Both the position numbers and the translations under genes were made by a program. Below are positions 37,791 to 50,743 of a DNA stretch of 64,000 nucleotides, in pieces. Position 1 is the stretch's first letter. Each line of letters begins with the position of its first letter. Under the pieces are notes generated by a model, which saw only the letters and a program-made list of their open reading frames with translations, was not told the DNA's origin and did no database searches. This stretch comes from Squalus acanthias (taxonomy: Eukaryota). Location of the stretch: positions 65,412,001-65,476,000 of the forward strand of contig CM059432.1 in NCBI GenBank assembly GCA_030390025.1, written 5' to 3'.

Positions 37791-38252
37791 TAGACCTGGT
37801 TGTGTAGCAATTATTGGGATACATATTTCCTGGTAGTAGCAGGGAATAGGTTGGAGACAATAGTAGGGAGTCCAGAGTTAAAGTCAAAGGTCCCGTGGAG
37901 GGAAAATGTTGGCATAGGTAGGATGGAGTCGGCATGGAGCATCGACGAATTGTTGTTCCAGTTCGGAGACAGGTGTAGCGGGCAAGTGAAAACCAGAAGC
38001 TATTTGAAGGGTAGAGAATTGGAGGATGGATGTTATTGCAGTGGGAATGAGAATCGGTTGTGGTGAAGAAAGATGATGGCGAAGTTGGAGGTCACCGTAG
38101 ATCAGAAGCAGCGGAGAAAATGTAAAACCACTAGCCAGCAACCAACAAAGCTGAAAAACCAGTAGAACGAGTCACCCAGCTCAGCAGAGAAACAGCCGCA
38201 GTGGGAGAAGATGTTTAAGAGTTGTTTAAAAGATTTTAGCAGCAGAAACAGA

Positions 38253-39063
38253 GGGGGAGATTTTGCCAGCCCTGGGGAGGCGGGACTGCCGAGAAAATGA
38301 CAGAATCTGGGGACGGGTACCCAACCCGCCTCCGTGCCAGCTTCCCAGGAGGCGGGTACCCGACCCGCGCCGGGTCCCGTCTCCTGGAGGCGGGAAGGGG
38401 ATTACAGCCACTTAACTGTCTGTTAACAGGCAGTTAAGAGGATTATCCCCATTTTTCTAACAGAGGCGCGGGCTTCCCGACATCGGGAAACCCCGCCAGG
38501 GTCACCGAGGTGAGCAGTGGGTCTGCGGGGGTTGGAGGGGTGCAAAAGTGCGCTGTGGAGGTGAGTGATGGGTGCAAGTGTGGCGAGGTAAGTATGTGAG
38601 GTGAGTGAAAAGTCTTAGAAAATGTTTACTTACCTTTGTTTCTTCCTGCAGGCTTCAACAGTTGGGGAACCGAAGACTCCCGCATCTCACCGGCAGAGAT
38701 AACAGATGGCTGCGGCATTCTCCGATGCAATAGCCATCTGATTTCTGCTCAGCAGGTAGGTTTGATGAGTCTTGAATACAAGGACTCATCAAACAACAGA
38801 GAATGTCAGTGTTTGACAGCTTCATAGAGCTGTCAAATGATGACAATTCATCTGTCAAAAATTTTTGACAGATGAAACGTCATACGCTGACATTCTCTGT
38901 AACCGGCTTCCCCTTAATTGGCCTGCTAAGCCCACTGGGTGGGCGTAACAAGGTCAATCAAGGGAAAATAGTGTGGGTTGGCCACAAGTCGATGGAGGTG
39001 GGCCTATAACCCGACAAGCAGCAGTCCCGCCTCCAACGTGCCCCCATTGGCAAAATAACCCCC
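38253..39063. mobile_element. MITE family A, copy 2
   Basis: TIRs GGGGGAGATTTTGCCA / TGGCAAAATAACCCCC; TSD AGA; L2-like sequence follows on the right. Confidence 0.9.
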
Positions 39064-39767
39064 AGAGACACAGCAGATGAGTCTTACAGTGTACAGAGCT
39101 TAGGGCCTAGGCAGCTGAAAGCACAGCCGCCAATGGTGGGGCAATTAAAATTGGGGATGCGCAAGAGGCCAGAAACATTATACATTAGTATAATTATGCA
39201 TTATACATTAGTATAATTGAAATATTACACTGAGCAGTTTACCCCACTATTAGAAACAGGGATATTCATGTGTTTAAACAGAAAGTATATATATGAAATG
39301 CTTTACTTCATTACTAGGTACGACATTTAAAAATGTAGCGAAAACAACAATGTGTTCCAGCATTGTATTTTTTCCAAAGTTGCCTTGAAAGGTCATAGAA
39401 TTTAGCAATAATGGGTGGTTGTGTAGGAGTACAGTTAATTGTAATTGAGTACAGACAGCTTGATGAAAGGACAAGACCATGGGTTGTCTGTCAATCAAAA
39501 TATGTGCCTTCAATACAAATGTATTGCTGTTTCAGACACTGCTCTTGCAACATGGAGCCATTTTAAATTTGCACCAATCAATTTGGACCAAGAAACTTTG
39601 GTTTTAAAATACATAGGGGATACTGGATACCCTTCAGTGAATTATTATTTTAAGTTCAGTAAGAGGAAGCAGGTGTCATTTATATAGGCACATGATTCTT
39701 GTAAAATTAATTTTCTTGGTGATTATATTTGAAAGTTTCAATGCAACTGGTGGGTCATATAAACTTT

Positions 39768-40142
39768 GGGGGAGGCGAGAGGGGGCAGGTGCTGGCAGGT
39801 GGCCCCCCAAAAAATGGCAGCCCGGCACCTGCCCTTTAATTTACGTCGCCCCGGCTGCAAACATGGCACCCTGACTCTGTCGTACATAGCGTCCGGTGGT
39901 AGGTCAGGGGACGCGAGCCAGGTTTGCGGCCGGAGCGCGAGCGGGGCGCTGCGCATGGTGATGACATCATTGCCGGAGGCGCAGCGCCGCAGGGTGCTAC
40001 CAGCTACCGCCGCCGCTAACCTCCTGCTGAATTTCGCGGGAGGTGTTACCGGTGCCGCGCCCGGGCGCTAGGTGTTTTGTGCCCCGTTAACGCCCCCTCA
40101 GGGCGCTAACGGGAGGCGCAAAGCAACCAAATCTTTTCCCCC
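39768..40142. mobile_element. Short Harbinger-type MITE related to 9775-10665
   Basis: GGGGGA / TCCCCC ends; TSD TTT; right arm GCGCTAACGGGAGGCGCAA shared with 10628-10646. Confidence 0.7.
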
Positions 40143-40734
40143 TTTGGACCTTAAGGAATGCCAGTTTTGTGATGTGAGGCTTCTACTAATAATGGGATAT
40201 TTTTCACATTAAATTGCACATAATTCATTACGTTGTCTGTCAAGGGGCCATGAGAAGGTCATCTGTGGAATGTAACTGTTCAAGGTTGAATAATGAAGAT
40301 TGTAATGTTACACTAATTCTCTGGAGTTTTTATTTGATCAATTCTGGGGTTCAGTGACAAATTTCAGCTTTCTTTACTTTGAAGTCTTCTGTATGATTAT
40401 TCATCTGACCCAGGAAAATAAATACGTTTGGGAGAATCCACGACAGTGCAAGTTGTACATAATCCATTTGCAGTAGCAAGTTCAATGGGCTAAATTATTT
40501 CTTAATTTCCTATTTAAGTATGTCTGTTCTGAATTATGTCTTTTTTAGGGATTTGCTTTATTTCTAATTCAAAGAGATACAACTGTTTGAGAACCTGGTT
40601 AAAAACCTGAATACAGTAATCTATAATTTGGAACACAACAGCCCCGTTCACACCCAGTGGAAGTCCCGAAAATCACCCCCAATGTCTTATTCATTGTTCA
40701 AAGTCGTGATCAATACCTGTTATATCAGGGACAC

Positions 40735-42450
40735 AGTTGGCGGGCTTTTGCTCACCTCATCGGAGTCCAGGGCGGGCGAAGTCGATGGCAGGTCGCAGCC
40801 ATCCCACTCTGGAAAATGAATTTATGTTGATAGGGCTTGTTAAGCCCGCCCAGCGCATTTCCCGGCCCAATTAGAGGAAGCGAGTCTGGTGACGTCATTC
40901 ATGACGCATCATCAGCCGGTTTCCTTAAAGGGACCATGGCCAACTTTATTTTGGCATTGAAGTGCTGCAAACACTGACAATGACTGCACAGAGGTAGAAG
41001 GCTGCACCCAAGCTCTCCCATGACTCCCTCCATATGCTTATGGAGGGAGTCACAGCACTGCAGGGAGGTCCTCTTCCCTTCCCATGGGCGGAAGAGATCT
41101 CCCCAGGAGACCAACACAGCCTGGTTGCACATTGCAGAGGAGGTCACAAGCAGGAATGTTGTCAGGATGACCTGGGTGCAGCGCCGTAAACATTGCAATG
41201 ATCTCATTAGATCACAAAACATTAGTCACCTTCATCCTGCTGTACCTCTCATCACACCCGCATCACTCTGCCTTCCCTACCCTACTCCTGTACATCCTTA
41301 CTCACACAAACTTATCTTGGACCTCCACCCACCCCTCTCTCTCTATCTACATTATCACATCCCCATCTCACTAGCCACCCTTCATACTCACCCTCATCCT
41401 AGTGCAATCATACCAACTAACAACACACAAGGGTAGGCACTTGGGTGTCTTATCCAATGTTCATGTAAAGTTTCTGTTAATGTGATGTCAAACATTGAAA
41501 CCTTTATTTTGAACACTTTGCGTTCTTGGATAGATTTTTGTGCACCTTTGGAAGTGGCTTAGTGAGTTGCAGTGAATGGTGAGACATAATGGTACCCCCT
41601 GCAATGGTCATGAATGTGAAAGGAATGGCTTGGGCATTGTAAGGATACTTTATGGTGTTGGTGTGGGGTGGTGCCAACCTGGCGCATCATGTGGCAGCCA
41701 GGGTGTACAGCATCAAGTGAAGTAAATCTGGCCATGGTGAGGCCATCCCTGGCCTCCCGGGCAGCAATGTGGTCGGGTGCTAATGCCCTCTGTCCTGTGC
41801 AGCATCAAGTGATTGCGGAGAAGGTTGGTGTTGTTGTTGGTGCTGCTGGTGTGCCTGGTGCTGCTGGTGTTGGGGCTGATCATGGTGGGATTCTGAGGAC
41901 CAAGGTGTGACAGTATAAAGGGCACCCATGCTGATGGAATAGATGGCAGGTAAGTAGAGATGACAGAAGCGATCTGTCAATGGTGAGAGTGTTCTTCCAA
42001 TGAGGTGAGAGTGGATGGAGAGTTCAAAGTTGAAAGCCTGCAGAATCTGTGATGGAAATAGACTGAGAAACAGCTTGTGACTGAGGAAAGTGATGATCTG
42101 TCAGGTGGGAGCTTTTACTGTACATTTGAAGCTGTTAAGTAATCAACTGCAGCAATGGCCACTGAACTCCCACCTCAGGTTGACAGACAGCATGGTTCCC
42201 GTGGCCATGAAGTTAAAGTTAAAAAGTAAGTTAAAAAAGCCTGTTAAGGGTCTGTTAAGTACATTATAATGAGTTTAATTGGGTCGCTCGCCGCTGCCTG
42301 TCAGGTCTACTCAGCACTGACAGACCCGACATTGGGAAAGGCGCGCTGCGGCGGGTTGACAATGGGTTCCCGACCTCCTGTCAAAAAAAAACATTTTCCC
42401 ACCCAACCTGCCATCGAGCCCGCCCACTGACACCCTGGAAAATTCTGGCC
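40735..42450. mobile_element. Non-autonomous Harbinger: Myb exon 1 (+, ~40980-41215) and N/C-fused transposase remnant (-, 41713-41929)
   Basis: REVLFPSHGRKRSPQETNTAWLHIAEEVTSRNVVRMTWVQRRKHCNDL; HIAAREARDGLTMARF matches the transposase end at 50744-50800; right TIR GAAAATTCTGGCC. Confidence 0.8.
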
Positions 42451-42619
42451 AAAATGTCAGGTTTAAGTTCCAGTAGAAGTACTGAAGATATTGCTGAGCA
42501 CAACATATGCATCATGTTCAAATTTTATTTAGTATATATATATATGGTGATATATTTGTGTCCCAATAATTTTAAATATGTATAAACTTAAGGACCTTGG
42601 TCTATTTACTTACCTAAAC

Positions 42620-42709
42620 TTACCTGCCGAAGGAGCGAACTGCTCCGAAAGCTTGTAAAATTAAATAAATCTGTTGGACTATAACCTGGTGTTGTGCGAC
42701 TTCTCATTT
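42620..42709 (+). mobile_element. Single-arm copy of the 27.8 kb Penelope-like pLTR, hammerhead core mutated
   Basis: TTAC-CTGCCGA-A-GGAGC(GAACT)GCTCC-GAA-AGCT-T-GTAA, then CTGTTGGACTATAACCTGGTGTTGTGCGACTTCTCAT identical to 27842-27878. Confidence 0.85.
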
Positions 42710-42714
42710 TTATT

Positions 42715-43295
42715 TACTTCAGAGCAGCGTAGACTTAGATGCGCCCTGATAAAGGTCTATAAAACAATTAAAGGCTGGATAGCGTGCTTATTGTGAAATT
42801 ATTCCAGTGTAGCAGATTGGGGAGCACCAGGGGATATAATTTTAAACTGTGTAAGAGTATGAATAGACTGGATGTTAGGCGATTTCTTGTTTCCCAGAGA
42901 GTATGTGAGCCTCTAAAATGCGTTGTCGGTTGGTGCGGTGGGTGCTGCCTCTCTGGATGCCTTCAAGAGGGAGCTGGACTGGTTCTTGACTGGGGCAGAT
43001 ATCGCATCATACAGAAGGTAAGTGTCTTTATAGATAAATCTTGGTCCATGTTGATCTCCTGGACTGGTTTCGATCATCTGAGGGGATCAGAGAGGGATTT
43101 CCCAGAGTATTGTTTCCCTTATTGGTCCTGAATTTTTTCTGTGGTTTTTTGCCTCTCCCAGGAGATTACATGGCTGCGGGACAAGAGGGAGGGTGCGGAA
43201 GTGTCTAGTCAGGATGCTCCAGCCATTATGAGCTGTGGGGCAAGCTTGATGGACCAGGTGGTCTTTTCCTGCCCATTAATTTTGTATGTTCATAT
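42715..43295 (+). mobile_element. CR1-like LINE 3' end
   Basis: LEQRRLR..LIKVYKTIKGW...TRGYNFKL...FLVSQRV C-terminal CR1 pattern, then a 3' UTR. Confidence 0.7.
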
Positions 43296-43480
43296 ATGGT
43301 CAAAGCTTTAGTTACTAAAACTAAACAAATTCACTTGCAAGGAGAAATACCACCATTATCTGTCCACATAAAGGTTACTGATATCCAGATGTGTTCAATA
43401 ATTTACAGCCTATTGTATAACCAATTATCACAATGCTGTAATGTGAAATTACTCTAAAGGCTACAATTGATAAACAGATG

Positions 43481-44324
43481 GGGCTCAATTTTCACCGGCC
43501 CGTGGAGGCGGGTTTGGAGGCGGGAGTGGTGTGAAAATAGCAGATTCGGGGGTCCCGAACCCATCCCGCCCCCAACCCACCTCCATTCCAGTTTCCCAGG
43601 AGGCGGGTACCCAACCTGTGCTGAGACCCGCCTCCCCGAGGCGGGAAAGGGATTAGTGCCAATAAACTGCCTGTTAACAGGTAGTTAACAGGCAGTTTTT
43701 TGCCTAATCCCTATTTTTAGCCCTGAAGTGTGGGTTTCCTGACAGGTCCGAACCACACCGATTTAGTGAGGCGGACCGTCAGTCTGGAGGGCTTGGAGGG
43801 GTCGAGATGTCCGGTGTGCAGGTGAGTGATGGGTGCATGAGTGCAGAGGTAAGGGTGTTTGGTGTGTGTAAAGTGTTTTAAGAACTTTTACTTACCTTAA
43901 CTTTGTCCTGCAGGCTAGCTTCCTTAAGGTGTCGGGAGTCCCTCACATCCACGGCACAGAAAGCAGAATGGCCGCGGAGCTGTCAAAAGCTGCAGTCTCT
44001 GCTTTCTGTGCTGGATTGATTTCTAACTGAGTCTAAGTACAGGGACTCAAGTTAGAAATCATATTGTCAGTGTTTGACAGCTTCACAGAGCTGTCAAACG
44101 CTGAAATTTCTTCTGTCAAAAGCTCTTGACAGATGAAATTTCAATGGCTGACGTCACCTGTATCCAAGGGACCCTTGATTGGCCTGCTAAGCCCGCTGGG
44201 CGGGCTTAACAAGGTCAATCAAGGGAAAGTACAGTGGGTTGGCCACAAGTCGATGGAGGCGGGACTACAACCCAAAATGTGGGAGTCCCGCCTCCATCAC
44301 ATCCCCATTGACAAAATCCAGCCC
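43481..44324. mobile_element. MITE family A, copy 3 (diverged subfamily)
   Basis: TIRs GGGCTCAATTTT / AAAATCCAGCCC; TSD ATG. Confidence 0.88.
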
Positions 44325-44408
44325 ATGGTTTCTGACTAACTTAAGTATGGTCACCACATTGCACATGCTTTGTACCTTCCAGACACAGAACTATGTGATA
44401 ACTAATTT

Positions 44409-44615
44409 GGCCCCGATTTTAACTCTAGGTGGATTCCCCGCTCAGGCCTGAGTTAAAATTACAGTCAGGTCTCAACAGGCACATGTAAAGAAGGACTCTC
44501 AGGAGAGCAGGTTAAAATTGCAGATGTTGTGATCATGGCAGCTTTCGGACAGGTAAGAGATTTTAACTGCCCACCCACCAGATTTCTGCTGAGTGGGTAG
44601 GGTTAAAATCACCCC
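44409..44615. mobile_element. Small MITE
   Basis: TIRs GGCCCCGATTTTAAC / GTTAAAATCACCCC; internal repeats of GATTTTAAC and GTTAAAAT. Confidence 0.65.
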
Positions 44616-44744
44616 AAAAGTTGCTAAATATCACCTAAAATAGAGCTTGAAATTGGATTAACTCAGCTGTTTGAACATATTATTCTGATGAGACCATAAA
44701 AATGTGTGATGGGAAATAGGAATTCCTGAAGCTGTCGAGTTTTA

Positions 44745-45100
44745 CAGTTGATTGGACGTTGGCAATTTTCTGGTACCTCATCCAAATGGCCATTCTTCAT
44801 TTGTAAGCAGCTAGTATCAGCTAGCTATTCATCTATGGACAACATCACTGCTGAACCTAATCCTATCCTAACATCAATATCTGCTGTCTTTCCAACAAAA
44901 GTTCTGGATAGCAATTAGAAAAATTAACCCTAGCTGATTTTTCCACTCCTTAACCCAAGTTTCTTTTGACCAATTGTAGCACCTCAAATGCTACCCAACT
45001 GAAAGCACCTAGCTTAGCACAAACCAAAGGTCAAGCCTTGGACCTTCCAATTTGTATGGTTCAGTAGCAACCAACTGATGCATTTACCCATTTAAACCAT
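44745..45100 (-). mobile_element. Ancient SINE-like repeat
   Basis: Reverse complement shares GGTGCTACAATTGG, CTATCCAG, TGGAAAG and ATGAAGAATGGCCA with 60185-60540 and 31150-31420. Confidence 0.55.
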
Positions 45101-45231
45101 CAAGGATAAATCCAGCTCTGCGCATGTCGTCAGGTTTGCGATCCATCTCACTGCAATAATACATACAACTGTGTTCATTTCAAATGAGATTCCAACTGGT
45201 CACTCTGTAATAAACCCATCTTCATGCTCTA

Positions 45232-45362
45232 ACCTGCAGGGCTACGGACCAAGAGCTGGGAAGTGGGATTAGGCTGGATAGCTCTTTGTTGGCCGGCGCG
45301 GACACGATGGGCCGAAATGGCCTCCTTCCGTGCTGTAACTTTCTATGATTCTATGATTCTAT
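45232..45362 (+). mobile_element. CR1 3' tail fragment
   Basis: GATGGGCCGAAATGGCCTCCTTCCGTGCTGTAAC(TTCTATGA)n. Confidence 0.85.
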
Positions 45363-46180
45363 CAATTTAAATGTTTTTTAATTAAAATGTCTCATTATAC
45401 TAAACATAACTATGAGCATTCACTGAGTTTATAATCGAATAAATACAACTCCATGTATTTCAATAGATTTGTAATCTGTCTCATTAAAACTCTACTAATT
45501 TCAAGGAGCTTGCAATCTGCCTCCCTGTAATAAACCAATCTCCTGTCATTACAGTTAACTTACAATTGGTGCTTTTTCTTGCAAACCCTTGACAATGACA
45601 ACATTTTAAAGCCCCTTCATCGCTTGACCTGTAAAATGCATTGTAATTGACTTCATCTATTCTGCGTGCATTACCAGGACAGCTCCATTTTGTTTTAATG
45701 GTTACCTCAGATATCATGTATGTAAGAAATTCCATATATGCAGAGTTATGTTCCAATGATCCACTGGAGATTCAAGCTCTGTTTTGAAATTCTGGTAATT
45801 TGAATGGATTCCAGATTTAGTCTTAATTGCGGTACATTCATACATTCAGCAAGCACTTTTCTTCATCAGTGTAGAAATAATGATGAAAGTTACAATGTTG
45901 AGTAAAAACAGGACTGATTTGATAAACTGTCAAATTGTTGCATTTTGCACAGATCTTTCCCAATTAAATACATCAAATTAAATGACAACACTGCATGTAT
46001 CTGAGTAATTATGTTGCTTAAACAGAAAATATAAATTGTATTTTGAAAAGAAAATCTGTTTGTTTTTATAACAGTCCTAATTGTTCAGATTTTTTGTAAG
46101 AGATATCTTTCCCATTCTTAAAATACATTTTGTTGATGGAGCCCAGTTTCATCATTCCATAGACTAGAGAAAGAGGCAGA

Positions 46181-46950
46181 GGGGACGATTTTGCCAGCCC
46201 TCGGGAGGCGGGTATGGAGACGGGACTGCCGGGGTGGGTACCCATCCCGCCCCCAACCCGCCTCCGTGCCATCTTCCCAGGAGGCGGGTACCCGACCCGC
46301 ACTGGGAGCTGCCTCCTCGAGGCGGGAAGGGGATTAGTGCCAATTAACTGCCTGTTAACAGGTAGTTAACAGGCAGTTTTTTGGATAATCCCTATTTTCC
46401 CAGCTAAAGTGTGGGCTTCCTGACGGCTCCGAACCTCGCCAAGATCAGCGAGGCGAGCCGTGGGTCTGCAGGGGTCAGAGGGGCCGAGATGTCCGGTGTG
46501 CAGGTGAGTGATGGGTGCATGTGTGCAGAGGTAAGTGTGTGAGGTGAGTCTTAAGTGTTTTAAAAGCTTTACTTACCTTTGCTTCTTCCTCCAGGCTTCA
46601 TCCCTTCAGGTCTCGGGAGTCCCTCATCTCACCGGCACAGAAAGCAGAATGACCGCTGCATTCTCAAATGCACCAGCCTTCTGCTTTCTGCTCAGGACAG
46701 ATCTCTAACTGAGCCTGTGTCCCAGGACTCAACTTAGAAGACAGATTGTCAGTGTTTGACAGCTTCACAGAGCTGTCAAACAATGACAATTCTTCTGTCA
46801 AAAGCTCTTGACAGATGAAACGTCACTCGTTTGATGTCATAGTAACCAGCTTTCCCTTAATTGGCCTGCTAAGCCCGCTGGTCCATTTCAAAGGCGGTAT
46901 GACAGCGTACTCTGAGAGTACGCTGCCATACCCACCGCAAATTCTGGCTC
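46181..46950. mobile_element. Chimeric MITE: family A left part plus family B right end
   Basis: 46181-46880 aligns with family A; 46881-46950 aligns with 24421-24490. Confidence 0.85.
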
Positions 46951-47177
46951 AATGTAAATAATGCATCAATTTAATGACAAACAACACAGCCTGCCAATTA
47001 TAATGGCATTGATAGATTGCGACTGTTCTAATGTCATAATACTTACATTTCTCCAGTGGGTAACAAGTTTGACTTAAAGAAAGAAAAAGAACAAATTTTC
47101 ATTTCTATAGTGCCTTGTTACATTCTCATGAGATTCCAAAATGCTTTGCAACCAATGAATTACTTTTGAAGTGCAGT

Positions 47178-47543
47178 CTCCAGTGCAGTGCTGAGGGAGC
47201 CCTGCCCTGTCGGAGGTGCCGTCTTTCGGATGAGAAGTTAAACCAAGGTCCCCTCTGCTCTCTCAGCTGGACGTAAAATATCCAAGGCACTATTTCGAAG
47301 AAGAGCAGGGGAGTTATCCCCGGTGTTCTGGCCAATATTTATCCCTCAGTTTACATAACAGAAACAGATTATCTGGTCATTATCACATTGCTGTTTGTGG
47401 GAGCTTGCTGTGCGCAATTGGTTGTCGTGTTTTCTACATCACAATGGTGACTACACTTCAAAAGGTACTTAATTGGCTGTAAAGCACGTTGGGACATCCT
47501 GAGGTCGTGAAAGGCGCTATATAAATGCAAGATTTCTTTCTTT
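47178..47543 (+). mobile_element. DeuSINE (SacSINE1-like) inserted into an older antisense SINE tail
   Basis: Matches 14697-15056; flanks 47082-47177 and 47544-47565 are an antisense tail. Confidence 0.8.
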
Positions 47544-48625
47544 CATTGTTGTTATGTGGGCAAGTTATTCCCTTCCATGCCAATTTCAGTTGGCCATATA
47601 GCAATAGTAACTGCACTTCAAAGTAATTAATTGTATGTGAAGTAAATTGCAGCTTGCTGAGGGACAGGATAAGGGGCTATCAAGGTAACTTTTTTCCTAT
47701 TGGGTATCTTAAAGGATTATTGGACTGTTACACAATAAGCATCAAAGGTTCTGGTAAAGCAAGGGGTACAAAGTCCAGATTGAAACTAGTTCTCCAAGAT
47801 AGCCTGGTATTGTGCAAATATTTTTAAATTCATGGTAATGAAGGGTACGTTACTTATAGGCTTCTTTGGAAGAGTTTGATTGGAAGACAGAATAGCAAAG
47901 GGTCAACCTCAGTTTTCAGGTAATATCTTCAGAAAAAAAATATTGCTATTGTTAACTTTTTATTATTTTCTGTGCCTAGTATTACTTCTCTTTCATCTAG
48001 CAAAGTCAATCACAGGCTTGACTGTTTATTTTCTGCTGCTCTTTGCTGGGCTCAAGGGATCTGATCACCTGTCCGTAGGCCGAGAACAAGGGCAGATGAT
48101 GATTCAAGGTTTGTTTCATATATATTTTTGGAATGTTATTGCAAAATTATAATGTGAAGCAAAGATATGAGTGTGTCTCAAAACATAATTCTAAATATGT
48201 GTCTTTGTAATATTTATAAAATAAAAAATGATACAATGTGATCTATACTGTGATATAGAGCTTTTATTTAACTATTTAATTTCTGCACCCATTTAATTAT
48301 AACATAGGTGACACTATGGGCTGAATTTTTACCTGTGAGTGGGTTCGAGTGTGGGGGAGCACGTAGCGGGTCGCCGTCACTGAACTTTCCATCAGCGTGC
48401 TCTCCACTGTGTGTTTAACTTAACGAGATCAATTGACTGAGTCATGTGGGTTTCCCAGCCAGTTAACTGGAGCAGGTCTGATGATGTTACTGATGATTCG
48501 CCTTCAGCTCACCTATTTCAAGGAACATTGCACACATTAGAGTTGAAGTTTGAGGTGGCTGTGAGAGGTGCCGGTCGCTGTTACATCCAATACTTTGATC
48601 GTGAGGATGCAAGCATTTATAGCCA

Positions 48626-50432
48626 ATGATGCAGTCTCAGCGCCAGAAGGCTGCGCCCAGGCTTTCTGATTCCTCCCTGGACATCCTGCTTCAGGAAGTG
48701 AGAGCACAGAAGGAGATCCTCTTCCCTGGTGACGGCAGGAAGAGGCCAGCCAGTGAAACAAAGAGGGCATGGCTGGAGATCGCCCACGAAGTGAGCAGCA
48801 GGGGTGTTGTGAGCCACTCCTGGATGCAGTGTAGAAGAGATTTAATGACATTTAATTTCTGCACCCATTTAATTATAACATAGGTGACACTATGGGCTGA
48901 ATTTTTACTCCTGCACGTCACTCCTCACACCAACCTACCTTGCAGGTGCATCCATCCTCACTGTCTATGCACCTACTCACATCCCCAACTGACTAACCAC
49001 CACTGACACTCACCCTCAGCCTAATGCAATCATAGGAAGTAACGCCACAGAAGGAGGCCATTTGGCAATGTCACGCCACTCCCTCATAGTCACTCTCTAC
49101 AGATGTAGCCCATCCATCCCTTACAATCATTCCATCACACTTACTCAAAGTTTTCTTCTTTCCCTCCATGCAGGAGAAGAGAGCACAGAACAACAGGGAG
49201 AGACAGAGAACCGGAGGTGGCCCTCCAATTTAGACTACATTGTTGCCAGCAGAGGAGGAGGCGCTGGAATTAAGCGGAGTGGCAGAGCTGCTGGCGGTGG
49301 GAGATGGAGAGAGGGGAACCTCCCTGCAACCTGGTGACAGAATTAAATATCATACAGCCACATGGCATACAACAGTCACTCATGGTGACTGATGTCAGCA
49401 GCCAGTGAAGTATCATGATGTGCATAATGGTAATGTTAAACATTCTTATCATAAGTGTTCTAATTTATGTCTTTACACTCATCAAGTGCCCCGCTCCCCA
49501 CGGTCCAACCGGAGGAGGAAGACGACTCCTCAGAGGAAGCTCCATTCTCTGAGGGTGCATTGTCACACGAGCCATGCGCACCCAGCAGCAGCGCAGATAC
49601 GTGAACGTCGGTGGGTCCTGCGAGACATAGAGTAGTGTTGTCACCTGGTGTCTCACACATCTCAAGTGAGCAAGAGCAGATGGTGGAGACAGGGACAGCA
49701 GTGGAGACCATTCGCCGGAGGGTGCAGAACACTCCAAGCTCTGCTCAGCTGCATGCAGATGCTGAACCTAGGGGGCCATCGACAAAGAGGTTGATTTTGG
49801 AGGAGCAGCAACAAATGCGCGAGGCTCTGGCAACTTTTCCAGCCGCGATGTGCGCGATTGTACAGAGAATGGAGGAGTCCATCTCTAACATGAGCAGCAC
49901 CATGTTGCAGGTGATGGCGACGATGTGCTGCTCCATGGAAAGGATGGCCACCTGCATGGAGCAACTAATGCGCCAGTCAAAGGAGTGCATGCTTGCTGTG
50001 AACAACAGCTTGCAGACACTGATTGCAGTTATCTCTAGGAGGGCTACCAACATAGACTTGGGCCTTCATCGCTCCATTGATGTGCAGCATGATGCTCTCC
50101 AGCTCCTTGCTAGCAGAGAAGTGCAAGTGGCCCATGAGAGGGATGATGTTGAGAGGGCACGTAGAAGTGGGGGCTCTGCTCAAAGCGCTCCCCACTTCTC
50201 CCTCGTTGCCTCCCCCTCAGTCAGAGCCCCACATGCTGCCTCGGATCCCGATGACCGAGTCTGCCCCTGCACAGTTGCAGGAGGAGCAGTCTTTGGCGGG
50301 GCCCTCACAAAAGCCAAAGGACATCCGCCAAAAGTGTCTAAGCAGTCAGAACAGGGAAGCGAGCAACCTGCCTCCACCTCTGCTGAAGCCACAGGGGTGC
50401 ATCTCGTAGAAGCACTCGGAAAAGAAAAATGA
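48626..50432 (+). pseudogene. Harbinger Myb/SANT-like protein gene (exons ~48626-48849, 49174-49333, 49487-50432)
   Basis: QKAAPRLSDSSLDILLQEV...LFPGDGRK...AWLEIAHEV...WMQCRRRFND; exon 2 EKRAQNNRERQRTGGGPP with AG/GT borders; exon 3 coiled-coil-like; contains stops. Confidence 0.85.
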
Positions 50433-50743
50433 CACAATCGTAGATGCACAAGGGTGTTTGCCAAAATGTTAGTGTTAAGTTTCAGTTCTGTTTATGAGCC
50501 ACATAAATTTATTTCTTTGCACCACTTTCCCGTCTTGTCCATGTTTGCCTGCTACCTGGGAAGTGGCCTTGTCAGTTGGAGTGAATGGTGAGACATTACT
50601 TAACCTCGAGCAATGGGTGTGTGTGTGACAGGAATGGTTTGGTCATTTCAGGACTGCTTTGTGGTGTTGGTGGGGAGGTCGGTGGGCGGGGGGGAGGGAA
50701 GTTGGTACAGCATCTGGGAGCCAGATGGGTGCACTGGTGCAAC

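Noticed and set aside
39176..39218. Direct repeat CATTATACATTAGTATAATT x2 (similar short duplications at 14619-14661 and 31360-31408)
   Set aside because: Two-copy local duplications next to repeat ends; no spacer array, so not CRISPR and not a recombinase site.
48305..48317. TAGGTGACACTAT, a 13-nt match to the SP6 promoter (also at 48881-48893)
   Set aside because: Flanking bases differ from ATTTAGGTGACACTATAG and there is no other vector sequence. It is a chance match copied by the local duplication.
49611..50432. 273-aa ORF as a stand-alone host gene
   Set aside because: It is the last exon of the Harbinger Myb gene.
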